Assembly: GCA_964649245.1 (NCBI GenBank)
Contig: CAZYOS010000002.1
Location: 1-55,132 of the forward strand
Length of the DNA stretch: 55,132 bases
Reading direction: 5' to 3'
From: an uncultured Clostridium sp.
GTDB lineage: Bacteria; Bacillota_I; Bacilli_A; RF39; UBA660
The translations under genes were made by a program, and so were the position numbers. The notes below the pieces were generated by a model. It did no database searches. It had not been told where the DNA came from and worked only from the letters and a program-made list of their open reading frames with translations. Positions 32,312-41,670 of the stretch are shown in pieces; position 1 is the first letter of the stretch; the number at the start of each line of letters is the position of its first letter.

Positions 32312-32340
32312 AGTTTATCAGCAATTGATTTTTTTTTCAA
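32312..32340 (-). promoter_or_regulatory. SigmaA-like promoter with extended -10 (TTGAAA-17-TGaTAAACT) for the 216-aa gene
   Basis: The -35 TTGAAA is at 32340-32335, the spacer is 17 nt, and TGa plus TAAACT is at 32320-32312. It lies in the divergent intergenic region shared with the yfhO-like gene. Confidence 0.45.
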
Positions 32341-32386
32341 TACTTTTTCACTATTTTATGATAAAATATTTTTTGTGAGGTTAAAT

Positions 32387-34936
32387 ATGAAAAAAATAAA
32401 TACGTTTATAAAGAAATACTACCCTGAGATATTGTCAATTATTGTTCCAATCATTATTCTCTTAGTAGCATCTGTATTTTCAAAAATATATCCATTAGGC
32501 ACATATTCATTCGCAAAATATGATGGTTACTATCAATACCCAGGATTCACATCATATTTTAAAAAAGTTTTATTAGGACAAGAAAGTCTGTTTTATTCGT
32601 TCAAAGGATTATTAGGTTATAATTTTTATGCAACAGCTATTTATTACATGTTTAATCCTACAAATTTATTATGTATTTTTTCAAATAATAATAATATTTT
32701 AATATATTATACATTTCTTGTATATTTAAGGATTGCATTATGTGGATTTACTATGTGTAAATACTTAAGATATAAATATAAAGATAAGCCTAATATGTAC
32801 CTAGTTATTTTTAGTATTGCCTATGCTCTAATGGCATATAATGTTTGTTACTTTTTCAATTTTATGTATTTTGATGTTGTAGCATTATTTCCAATTGTTA
32901 TGATAGGCTTGGAAAAGCTAATATATGAAAAAAAGGTAACACTTTATATAATATCATTAACAATAACAATCATTTCAAACTTTTACATAGGGTATATGGT
33001 ATGTATTTTTTCAGCGCTTTATTTTATATATAATTATATATTACTTGAAAATAAAGATAAAAAGATAATTAAAAAATTTATTATTTCAAGTTTATTAGCA
33101 GGTTTAATGTGCTCAATTATACTATTACCAGTTATTTACGAATTATTTCAAGGAAAAGTAGAATTATATAAAGATTCTATACAAACAAACTATTTTGATT
33201 TTAATTTAAACTTTTTAAACTTTTTTTACAAAGCTACTCCTGGTTCAACTGTTACTTATGATATTAAATATGGAACTGTAAATATATATTGCTCTCTATT
33301 AGTAATAATTTCAGTAATAAAGTACTTCTTTAATACAAAAATATCAACTAAAGAAAAAATAGTAACTGGTTCATTTATTGCATTCTTCTTATTAAGTATT
33401 AGCTTTAATTTAATAGATTATTTTTGGCATTTAATGCAAAGACCTATATGGTATCCTAATAGATATATATTTACTTTCGATTTCTTTTTAATAATGATAG
33501 CATACAAATCAATAAAATATAATTCATATGTAAAAATGAATTGGGTTGTAAGGTTAATAGTTTGCTTTGCATATATTGCATTAATGTCATATCCTGCTAA
33601 AGAAGCTGCATTTATTGATAAATTAATGCCATGCATATGTTTTATTGTTACAATAATGTTATTATTTGAATATGTATTCTTCTCAGATAAAAAGTATGCT
33701 TGGATATTAGTACTTTGTTTATTTACTGTAGAGGTACAACTAAATACAATAATGACCTTTAAACAATTATCTAATGCTTCTGAAATAGAATCTTTTCAAA
33801 TAACAAACTCCTCCTATGAAAATGCTGTTAAAGCTGCTGAAGAAGATGCAAAAGATGAAATATTTTATAGATTAGAATTTTCTAGAAACTTAAATTATAA
33901 TAACCCCGCTTTATATAATTATAATGGAGTAGCAATTTTCAGTTCAATTAGAAATGGAAAAATAATGGCTTTCTTTGATGATTATTTTGATTACACAATC
34001 AAAGATAGAGCAAGTATTGAATTTAACATGTCAAATCCATATATGACATCAATATTAGGAATTAAATATTTTAATGGAACTGAAGGTACAAACTATTATG
34101 ATTATATAGATGTTGGAGAGATTAGTATACTTAAAAATAATGATGCATTAAGTTTAGGATATATGGTAAATAATAGTATTTATAATTATGAATTCAGTAA
34201 AGATACCAAAGTTCTTAATATTAAAGAACTTGAGAACAGTATGTTGGACAATGAAGAGCCTGTGTATACTGTATTAGATAACTTCATATATAATGGTACA
34301 GAAAGAGTATACTCAGAAGAAACAAAAAAGACTACTATAAATAGAATTCCAGGTGTTGAATCACCATATACGTCTATTGTTGGTATTGCTCCATATGATG
34401 GATTTCTGTATTATAATAAGAGTTCTGCATTTTATACAAATGCCGTACTTTATATAAATGGTACTGAAACAACAATTTATAATATTGAAAATACTGCTCC
34501 CTTATTCTTACATGAAGGTGATTCATACGAAATAAGATTTACAGCAACTGTTGATTATGAAATAAAACATGCAGAGTATTATTTATTAAAATTTGACACT
34601 TATAAAAGTTTTATAAATGAATTAAAACAAAATGAGTTAGAAATAACTAAATATGATAAAGATTCTCATCTAGAAGGATATGTTACAAGTACAGATAATA
34701 AAAATGTATTATTTACAACTATCCCATATGATAAAGGATGGACTATAAAAATTGATAATAAAAAAGTATCATACAAATCATGCTACAATGCATTCGTATG
34801 TTTAGATTTAGAAGAAGGAAAACATAAAATAGAATTTAATTATATTCCGAAATATTTTATAATTGGTTCTATTATAAGTATTATGTCACTATTAGTATCA
34901 ATATTTTATATAAGAAAAAATAAGGTTAGAAAATAG
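32387..34936 (+). CDS. YfhO-family polytopic membrane protein (GT-C-type glycosyltransferase family)
   Basis: The start is re-set to the ATG at 32387 (RBS GTGAGG; MKKINTFIKKYYPEILS...). There are about 12 or more TM helices, a large extracytoplasmic C-domain and a terminal TM helix. The 849-aa size and architecture fit YfhO. Confidence 0.7.
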   Translation: MKKINTFIKKYYPEILSIIVPIIILLVASVFSKIYPLGTYSFAKYDGYYQYPGFTSYFKKVLLGQESLFYSFKGLLGYNFYATAIYYMFNPTNLLCIFSNNNNILIYYTFLVYLRIALCGFTMCKYLRYKYKDKPNMYLVIFSIAYALMAYNVCYFFNFMYFDVVALFPIVMIGLEKLIYEKKVTLYIISLTITIISNFYIGYMVCIFSALYFIYNYILLENKDKKIIKKFIISSLLAGLMCSIILLPVIYELFQGKVELYKDSIQTNYFDFNLNFLNFFYKATPGSTVTYDIKYGTVNIYCSLLVIISVIKYFFNTKISTKEKIVTGSFIAFFLLSISFNLIDYFWHLMQRPIWYPNRYIFTFDFFLIMIAYKSIKYNSYVKMNWVVRLIVCFAYIALMSYPAKEAAFIDKLMPCICFIVTIMLLFEYVFFSDKKYAWILVLCLFTVEVQLNTIMTFKQLSNASEIESFQITNSSYENAVKAAEEDAKDEIFYRLEFSRNLNYNNPALYNYNGVAIFSSIRNGKIMAFFDDYFDYTIKDRASIEFNMSNPYMTSILGIKYFNGTEGTNYYDYIDVGEISILKNNDALSLGYMVNNSIYNYEFSKDTKVLNIKELENSMLDNEEPVYTVLDNFIYNGTERVYSEETKKTTINRIPGVESPYTSIVGIAPYDGFLYYNKSSAFYTNAVLYINGTETTIYNIENTAPLFLHEGDSYEIRFTATVDYEIKHAEYYLLKFDTYKSFINELKQNELEITKYDKDSHLEGYVTSTDNKNVLFTTIPYDKGWTIKIDNKKVSYKSCYNAFVCLDLEEGKHKIEFNYIPKYFIIGSIISIMSLLVSIFYIRKNKVRK

Positions 34937-34942
34937 CCTTTT

Positions 34943-36103
34943 TTATCTTTTTATAGTAATCACAGGTCTTATGTCCAATAAATTATTTACTGGTTCACCA
35001 AGAAACACTTCGCCATTACTTATAATAGATATTCCACTATTATTTTCTTTATATGAATTTATGGTCCAATAGTTTCCATATAATATTTCTTTGTTTTTAA
35101 TACTATCATATAAGTAAGAATATTCATCATAAGATATTATTCTAACTTTACTTTTAGTGTATGAATCACAGCTCCATTTATATTTTTCTATTGTTGACTT
35201 CTTATATCCCCCGCATCCATCATTTGAGTCGCATCCTAAAGTACCACTAGAATTATTACATATTTCTACTTCTACTAGTGAAGACTGAATATCATTATTT
35301 AATGAATAAATATATTCACTATTTAAATAAGTATTAATTAAAGAATCACTCCATTTGTATTCACTAATTTGATTAGAGTGACTTAATTTTTTATTAATTG
35401 GATTTATTTTCATAAGAGTTATTTCTTTATTATAATCTTCAATCACAATCCATTTTTCATCATCAATGATAATTGTTGAGCCAATGCAATATAAATTATC
35501 CTTGGAAAACTGAGAATTATTACCTAATAAACAATTTACATCAAAATTTATTGTTTCACTTAAATATCCATTTTCGTCTTTAAACCATATATAATAATTA
35601 CCAGATTCAAACATATTAACAACTAATTTATTTTTGTTTAATTTAATCCATTTCCCTGTACAATCATCATTTTTAGATACTAAATATTCAATTATCTTAC
35701 GATTGAAATTAAAAGTAATTTGTGAGTTGTTTTTATTTATTTGAACAACTATATTATTGTCATCGCAAGAACTAGTAATGTTAACTTTTCCAAATGCAGT
35801 TTTACTAATACATCTGTTCTTAGTTTTAATTTCTAAAACTATATTATTATACTTATCCTTAATAATATTTCCTTCCCCATTAATATAATAGTCAGTTGAA
35901 ATTATATTACTATTAGAATCATATAGAACACCATTTTTATAATAATAATTATCACTCTCTAAAGTACTTACATATTTAACCATAATTTTAGTCTTATTCT
36001 TTAGGGAGATATTTATCATACTATTATTAAACACAAAAAATATACATAATAATGCAATAACAAATATTCCTAATAAAAATATTATATTTTTAATTTTCTT
36101 CAT
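34943..36103 (-). CDS. Hypothetical membrane-anchored/secreted protein (386 aa)
   Basis: It has an N-terminal TM helix (IIFLLGIFVIALLCIFFVF) and a Cys-containing extracytoplasmic domain. No family recognised with confidence. Confidence 0.5.
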   Translation of the reverse strand: MKKIKNIIFLLGIFVIALLCIFFVFNNSMINISLKNKTKIMVKYVSTLESDNYYYKNGVLYDSNSNIISTDYYINGEGNIIKDKYNNIVLEIKTKNRCISKTAFGKVNITSSCDDNNIVVQINKNNSQITFNFNRKIIEYLVSKNDDCTGKWIKLNKNKLVVNMFESGNYYIWFKDENGYLSETINFDVNCLLGNNSQFSKDNLYCIGSTIIIDDEKWIVIEDYNKEITLMKINPINKKLSHSNQISEYKWSDSLINTYLNSEYIYSLNNDIQSSLVEVEICNNSSGTLGCDSNDGCGGYKKSTIEKYKWSCDSYTKSKVRIISYDEYSYLYDSIKNKEILYGNYWTINSYKENNSGISIISNGEVFLGEPVNNLLDIRPVITIKR

Positions 36104-36142
36104 ATCAAAATTATATCACATAAAAAAACCGAATTAAATAAT

Positions 36143-37492
36143 TCAGTCTCCATATTCTATATTTATTTTGTTAAGTGTCTCTTCATTTCCTATTATATTC
36201 ATGTACTTTTGCTCAAAATTATTATCATAATCATATAGATTACCTTTTTTAATATCATTAATAAGCTCTTTAAACAATAATGATTCATTAACTGAATAAT
36301 AGATATCTATATATTGATTATCACTATTCATATTACTATAATATGAAGATTGATAACTAGCACCATATACATTTATAATTATTTCATCATTTTTCATATT
36401 CTCATCAATTGTCTTATTAATTTTATTGCATTCATAACAGTTTACATTAAAATTATTTGTACTAGATATATTAATGTTGTAGTTACCTATTAATTCTTCT
36501 TTTTTATTATAATCAGTAAAATTTAAATTAGTTACTTCTAGTATACTTACTCCAAATCCAACACCACATAGAACTAATGCTACTATAAAAGTAATAAATG
36601 ATTTTGTAAAGCTTCCACTCTTATTAAAAATAAATCTAAATATTACTTCAGTTAACCATATTGATCCACAAAGTACACCTAAGCATAATATTATAGGTCC
36701 GAAAAATGCAACATATTTAATTGAAAATATTATCATAAAAGCAAATCCAACTGAAGAAAATAATACTCCTATAATACTTGGAATTAATATAAATGCGGAA
36801 AGAAATTTAATTATTATTAATAATAAATCACCTATTGTATCAAAGAAAGATTTTTCATTTTTATTTACTATTTTCTTTTCAACAAATACTTTTTCCTCTT
36901 TTTTTGAGTTTCTAGTACTTTTACTATTTTTTATTACAGTTTCTTCTTCTACATATTGATCTAGCATCTTTTCTTTAAGCATTTTGATAAAAAATAAGAA
37001 TGCAAGAATAATATATGAAAGATTAATAAAAATTGATAATATTGTGTCAAATATTTTTTCTATTCCTTCAGGAAGAATATCAAATGCATTTTCAATCACT
37101 TCACAAAGAAATTCAAATGGTATTTTCATAATAGCACACATAACTATAAGTATAAAAATATAAATTATTAGTTTCAATACATCTTTTACACTACCATGAG
37201 ATAAAACTTTTATTATCTTATTACATACTTCTTTAACATTATCAATAACTTCATCAACAAAATTACTAACTCTATCACTAGAATGATTTTTATTAATTTT
37301 ATAAGCACTTAGTATTTCACTAGCTAGCTCATCTATATCACCAAATTCTTTTATAGCTTCCTTCTCAGTAGACCCAGATTTTATTTTTTCATCAATATGT
37401 TCACTATACTCTTCAACAATATCTGATATTTCACTTTCTTCTAATATTGAAATTTTTTCTTCTAATTTTTCGAGAAATTCCTCTTTGTTCAT
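36143..37492 (-). CDS. DUF1700/HAAS-domain membrane protein (PadR-associated anti-repressor-like sensor)
   Basis: The start is re-set to the ATG at 37492 (1 nt after the padR stop; the ORF track used a GTG). The N-terminus MNKEEFLEKLEEKISILEESEISDIVEEYSEHIDEKIKSGSTEKEAIKEFGDIDELASEI is typical of DUF1700. It is followed by multiple TM helices. Confidence 0.7.
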   Translation of the reverse strand: MNKEEFLEKLEEKISILEESEISDIVEEYSEHIDEKIKSGSTEKEAIKEFGDIDELASEILSAYKINKNHSSDRVSNFVDEVIDNVKEVCNKIIKVLSHGSVKDVLKLIIYIFILIVMCAIMKIPFEFLCEVIENAFDILPEGIEKIFDTILSIFINLSYIILAFLFFIKMLKEKMLDQYVEEETVIKNSKSTRNSKKEEKVFVEKKIVNKNEKSFFDTIGDLLLIIIKFLSAFILIPSIIGVLFSSVGFAFMIIFSIKYVAFFGPIILCLGVLCGSIWLTEVIFRFIFNKSGSFTKSFITFIVALVLCGVGFGVSILEVTNLNFTDYNKKEELIGNYNINISSTNNFNVNCYECNKINKTIDENMKNDEIIINVYGASYQSSYYSNMNSDNQYIDIYYSVNESLLFKELINDIKKGNLYDYDNNFEQKYMNIIGNEETLNKINIEYGD

Positions 37493-37493
37493 A

Positions 37494-37808
37494 TTATTCA
37501 CTCTCCTTTATAAACTTATTAACACTACTTTCAAATTTCTTCCATTCGTCTAATAATGAAGTCATTCTATTTTTTCCAAGTATCGTTAAATGATAGTATT
37601 TTCTAGATGGTCCTTCTGATGATTCTTTCAAATATGTTTCAAAATATCTTTCATTTGTTAATCTTTTAAGTATAGGATAAATCGTTCCTTCATTTACATT
37701 AACAACTTTGCTTACCTCTTCGACTAGTTCATATCCATATCTGTCTTTTTTAGATACAAATATTAAAACAAGTAATTCCATAACACCCTTTTTAAATTGC
37801 GTATCCAT
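37494..37808 (-). CDS. padR: PadR-family transcriptional regulator
   Basis: RBS AGGTGA. The sequence KGVMELLVLIFVSKKDRYGYELVEEVS...EGTIYPILKRLTNERYFETY forms the winged-helix PadR signature. Confidence 0.85.
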   Translation of the reverse strand: MDTQFKKGVMELLVLIFVSKKDRYGYELVEEVSKVVNVNEGTIYPILKRLTNERYFETYLKESSEGPSRKYYHLTILGKNRMTSLLDEWKKFESSVNKFIKESE

Positions 37809-37920
37809 TGCTTCACCTCATGTACAATGCTATCACCACTACTATGTTTTGTCAAGTAGTATTTTATACATTGTATGTAAATTGCATTATTTTTATACTA
37901 TAATTTACTTAGGAGTATTT

Positions 37921-38646
37921 ATGAATAAAATAGAAAAATTACAAGAAATGATAAATGAATCAAATAATATTGTTTTTTTCGGAGGTGCTGGTGTATCAAC
38001 AGAAAGTGGCATAAAAGATTTTAGGAGTAAAGACGGTTTATATAGTATGAAATATAAATATTTCCCAGAATCAATATTAAGTCATACTTTTTTTATGAAT
38101 GAAACAAAAGAATTTTATATCTTTTACAAAGATAAGTTAAATTGCCTAAATGCATCTCCTAATATTGTACATAATTATTTAAAAGAGCTAGAAGATGCTG
38201 GAAAACTAAAAGCCATCGTTACACAAAACATAGATGGATTGCATACTAAAGCTGGATCAAAAGTAATATATGAATTACACGGAAGTATTTATAGAAACTA
38301 TTGTATGAAATGCCATAAATTTTATGATGAAAAAATAATATTTGATAATAACAATTCTATTCCAAAATGTAAATGTGGCGGAATAATTAAACCAGATGTT
38401 GTTTTATATGAGGAACCACTAGATGATAACATTTTAGATGGTGCTATTAAGGCAATATCATCATGTGATCTTCTTTTAGTAGCAGGTACTTCATTAACAG
38501 TTTATCCAGCCAGTGGTTTAATCAACTATTTTAAAGGTAAAGACATTGTCATAATTAACAGAAGTACAACAGATTATGATAAAAAAGCATCATTAATTAT
38601 TAATGATGAACTTAAAAATGTTTTTTCAAAACTAAAAATTAAATAG
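37921..38646 (+). CDS. cobB: NAD-dependent protein deacylase, Sir2 family
   Basis: The start is re-set to the ATG at 37921 (RBS AGGAG). Motifs present are GAGVSTESGIKDFRS, QNIDGLH and the Zn-binding CMKC...CKCGG. Confidence 0.85.
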   Translation: MNKIEKLQEMINESNNIVFFGGAGVSTESGIKDFRSKDGLYSMKYKYFPESILSHTFFMNETKEFYIFYKDKLNCLNASPNIVHNYLKELEDAGKLKAIVTQNIDGLHTKAGSKVIYELHGSIYRNYCMKCHKFYDEKIIFDNNNSIPKCKCGGIIKPDVVLYEEPLDDNILDGAIKAISSCDLLLVAGTSLTVYPASGLINYFKGKDIVIINRSTTDYDKKASLIINDELKNVFSKLKIK

Positions 38647-39340
38647 AAAATCTTGAATCATTAATTGATTCTTTTTGTACGCTTTTTATAGCAAATATAG
38701 CAGAGATAATTAAAACAACAATAAATCCAACAACAGAGTATTCTTTTTCAATAAAAATAATATAATCATACAATCCATGAATAAATAACGGAATAATAAG
38801 AGCAAGTAATTTATTTTTAACTGATGGTACTCCTCTTAAATCATTTATTTTTGCTTTGTTTAAAAATAATCCCATGAATACGCCACAACAAACATGAAGA
38901 GGAATTGCAGTTATTGCTCTAACTAGTCCAGTAGATACTCCATCAGGCATTACATAAAAGAAATTCTCGAAACAAGCAAAACCCAATGAAACAAAGGCCG
39001 CGTAAACTATCATATCAAAAGAACTATCAAATTCTTTATTGTTATATCCTATTTTATATGTAAAATAAAATTTACATCCTTCTTCAACCAAAGCAACGCC
39101 GACAAAAATAGATATAAAAAGTTCATAATAGTTTAAATTCTTCGCATCATATGCAAATATTGGTGATACAAACGTTAATGCAATTGAAATTAATACAACA
39201 GCTATGCAAGATAATATTCCTCCTAAAAACAGTCTAAATAAAAGTTTAAGAGGTTCTTTTTCCCTATCCTTTTTATAAATATAAATTGCAAATACAATAA
39301 TTGGTATAACAGAAACGGCTATTAATATTAAATCATTCAT
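38639..39340 (-). CDS. prsW: PrsW-family intramembrane protease
   Basis: The start is re-set to the ATG at 39340 (RBS AGGAG). Motifs present are IYIYKKDREKEP, EEGCKFYF and HGLYD. The protein is polytopic. Confidence 0.75.
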   Translation of the reverse strand: MNDLILIAVSVIPIIVFAIYIYKKDREKEPLKLLFRLFLGGILSCIAVVLISIALTFVSPIFAYDAKNLNYYELFISIFVGVALVEEGCKFYFTYKIGYNNKEFDSSFDMIVYAAFVSLGFACFENFFYVMPDGVSTGLVRAITAIPLHVCCGVFMGLFLNKAKINDLRGVPSVKNKLLALIIPLFIHGLYDYIIFIEKEYSVVGFIVVLIISAIFAIKSVQKESINDSRFSI

Positions 39341-39427
39341 AAGTACTCCTATAAAAATTATATCAAAAATCAATTATTTATAATAATATAATAAAAAAAA
39401 TTTACACATACGTGTAAATTCTATAAT

Positions 39428-40156
39428 CTATATATTATCATTATTCATTTTATTTTTAAATATTAATAAAGACAAAATGCATATTATAATAGTTGCTAAA
39501 AAGGTAATAAGTAAAGGTAAACACACTTCTCCATAATTCCCTGATAGTGAATTTCTAGCTACATCAAGAGTATATTTAAAAGGTAATATTTTACATATTA
39601 TTCCAAAAAATTTCCCTACCATACTAGTGTCGAACCACATTCCACTCGTAAAACAAACTAGTTGTAGAATAATAGATGATACAGCTGAAGCATTTCTACT
39701 ATTTGCAAGGCAACCAATAAGTACACCTAAAAATACATAAAGTAAGCTCACAGGTACTAACAATAATATTGTATACAAAATATTAATAGAAATGTCTAAC
39801 CCTAAAAATAATGATGCAGAGAAAAATATAAGGCACTGAATAAATGCTATAGGAATAGCAGACAAACTATATCCTAATATAAAATTTATCGGCTTCATCG
39901 GAGAAGTAAATAACCTTTTTAAAAATGATGTATTTCTATCATTAGCTATTAATTGTGCTAAAAATAAAGTAATAAAGCAAAATCCAAATATTATTATAGC
40001 AGGAGCAAAATTATTAATATTATAAATATCATTAGGTATTTTAAATTGTTGAAATACAAATAGTAAAAATAATGGTAAAAATAACAAGAATACTATATTA
40101 GTAAGATCTCTTATTATTTCTTTAATATTTCTTTTTGCAAAGACAAGTGATTTCAT
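39428..40156 (-). CDS. ABC-2 type transporter permease
   Basis: Six-TM protein with a TAATG overlap to the upstream ATPase gene. Confidence 0.7.
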   Translation of the reverse strand: MKSLVFAKRNIKEIIRDLTNIVFLLFLPLFLLFVFQQFKIPNDIYNINNFAPAIIIFGFCFITLFLAQLIANDRNTSFLKRLFTSPMKPINFILGYSLSAIPIAFIQCLIFFSASLFLGLDISINILYTILLLVPVSLLYVFLGVLIGCLANSRNASAVSSIILQLVCFTSGMWFDTSMVGKFFGIICKILPFKYTLDVARNSLSGNYGEVCLPLLITFLATIIICILSLLIFKNKMNNDNI

Positions 40157-40881
40157 TATTTTTCTCCTTCCACTATTTTAATAAAAGCTTCTTCAAAATT
40201 TTTTGTTTTGGCTTTCTTAATAATATTTTTTGGACTATCAGTAATAATGATTTTACCATTTACCATTATTGCTACTCTATCAGATAATTCTTCTGCTTCT
40301 TCCATATAATGTGTAGTTAAAATAATTGTTATCTTTCCTTTTAAATCATTAATTAATTTCCATAATTCTCTTCTAGCTAAAACATCTAATCCTAATGTTG
40401 GCTCATCTAAAAATAAAATTTTAGGTTCTGTTATAAGTGCCATAGCAATTGATAATTTTCTTTTCCATCCTCCAGATAATGTATTTGCTTTTTCATCTTC
40501 AATATTTTTAAATTTAAACTCTTCTATTATTTTATTTATCTTATTTATATCATTTATTCCATAAATATTAGCTATAAAAACAATATTTTCTCTTACTGTT
40601 AAATTGGGGGCAATAGCTGTTTCTTGTGGAGATACACTCATTAGTTCTTTAATGCTATAGGTATCTTTTAATATGCTTTTATTAAATATTAAAGCATCTC
40701 CACTAGTCGGTTTACTTAGACAAGATAACATGTTAATTGTAGTTGTTTTTCCAGCACCATTAACTCCAAGTAAAGAAAAAAGTTCTCCCTCATTTATAGA
40801 TAAATTAATCTTATCAACGGCTACTTTATCTCCATATTTTTTTTCTAAATTTTTTGTTTGTATTGCTATACTATTCATCAT
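40156..40881 (-). CDS. ABC transporter ATP-binding protein (ABC-2/CcmA-like exporter)
   Basis: The start is re-set to the ATGATG at 40881/40878 (RBS GGTGA). Motifs present are Walker A GVNGAGKTT, signature LSGGWKRKLS and Walker B LFLDEPT. Confidence 0.85.
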   Translation of the reverse strand: MMNSIAIQTKNLEKKYGDKVAVDKINLSINEGELFSLLGVNGAGKTTTINMLSCLSKPTSGDALIFNKSILKDTYSIKELMSVSPQETAIAPNLTVRENIVFIANIYGINDINKINKIIEEFKFKNIEDEKANTLSGGWKRKLSIAMALITEPKILFLDEPTLGLDVLARRELWKLINDLKGKITIILTTHYMEEAEELSDRVAIMVNGKIIITDSPKNIIKKAKTKNFEEAFIKIVEGEK

Positions 40882-41086
40882 TATCACCTTTAAGTATTTT
40901 TTCAGTAAAATCATCAAACACTTCACTTTTTACTATAGCAATTCCTTGTTTTATATCTCCTAACATTACAAGTGAATCTCCAGGTTTAATATTAAATACA
41001 TCTCTTGCTTCTTTTGGTATCACTATTTGTCCCTTTTCTCCCACTTTACATATTCCAAATAAATATTTTCCTTTTGGATTTTCCAT
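40871..41086 (-). CDS. AbrB/MazE/SpoVT-family (SpoVT-AbrB domain) small DNA-binding protein
   Basis: The start is re-set to the ATG at 41086 (RBS AAGGAGAAAAT). KVGEKGQIVIPKEARDVFNIKPGDSLVML forms the swapped-hairpin motif. Its stop overlaps the ABC ATPase start. Confidence 0.7.
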   Translation of the reverse strand: MENPKGKYLFGICKVGEKGQIVIPKEARDVFNIKPGDSLVMLGDIKQGIAIVKSEVFDDFTEKILKGDNDE

Positions 41087-41151
41087 ATTTTCTCCTTTGT
41101 ATAACTTTTCATACTTTTCATACCTATTATACAATAAAAAAGAATAAATGT

Positions 41152-41670
41152 CTACATTATTCCTCTTATAATGCCAAATGATATAAACATCATTATAATA
41201 CTTGCCATTATTACTCCACAAAGTATTGAAAAAAATGCTTTCTTTCTTTCCATATTGAATACTGATGCTACTAAACAACCTGTCCAAGCACCAGTACCTG
41301 GTAATGGAATTCCTACAAATAATATTAATCCTAAATATCCATATTTTTCTATACTTGTTTTATTTTTATCTGCTTTCTTAAGTAACCAATTAGCAAATTT
41401 ATTCATCCACTTTACTTTACTTTTACTCATCCATTCAATTATTTTATTAATAAACAATAAAATAAATGGCACGGGTAATAAATTTCCAATCATTGATATT
41501 ATATAGCTTTTTAAAGGTGTTAGTCCAAGTAATGATGCTGCTATCAAACCGCCTCTAAGCTCTAGTATTGGCATAATAGATATTATAAATACTATTATTT
41601 CCTTTCCATATTTAAGAGCGCTTAATCCAGAAAAAGCTCCTAATATCCAATTAATAATTCCTTCCATCAT
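41152..41670 (-). CDS. Small multidrug-export-like membrane protein (COG2426-type)
   Basis: ILELRGGLIAASLLGL, four to five TM helices and a 172-aa size fit this family. Confidence 0.55.
   Translation of the reverse strand: MMEGIINWILGAFSGLSALKYGKEIIVFIISIMPILELRGGLIAASLLGLTPLKSYIISMIGNLLPVPFILLFINKIIEWMSKSKVKWMNKFANWLLKKADKNKTSIEKYGYLGLILFVGIPLPGTGAWTGCLVASVFNMERKKAFFSILCGVIMASIIMMFISFGIIRGIM

Noticed and set aside
32267-32386. N-terminal 40-codon extension of the yfhO-like ORF. The same applies to the extensions at 37708-37920, 39341-39373, 40882-40926, 41087-41287, 42313-42348, 18908-18958 and 24712-24804.
   Set aside because: The extensions run into divergent promoters or upstream genes and have no RBS. 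Internal ATGs with good RBSs give N-termini matching the family or paralog.
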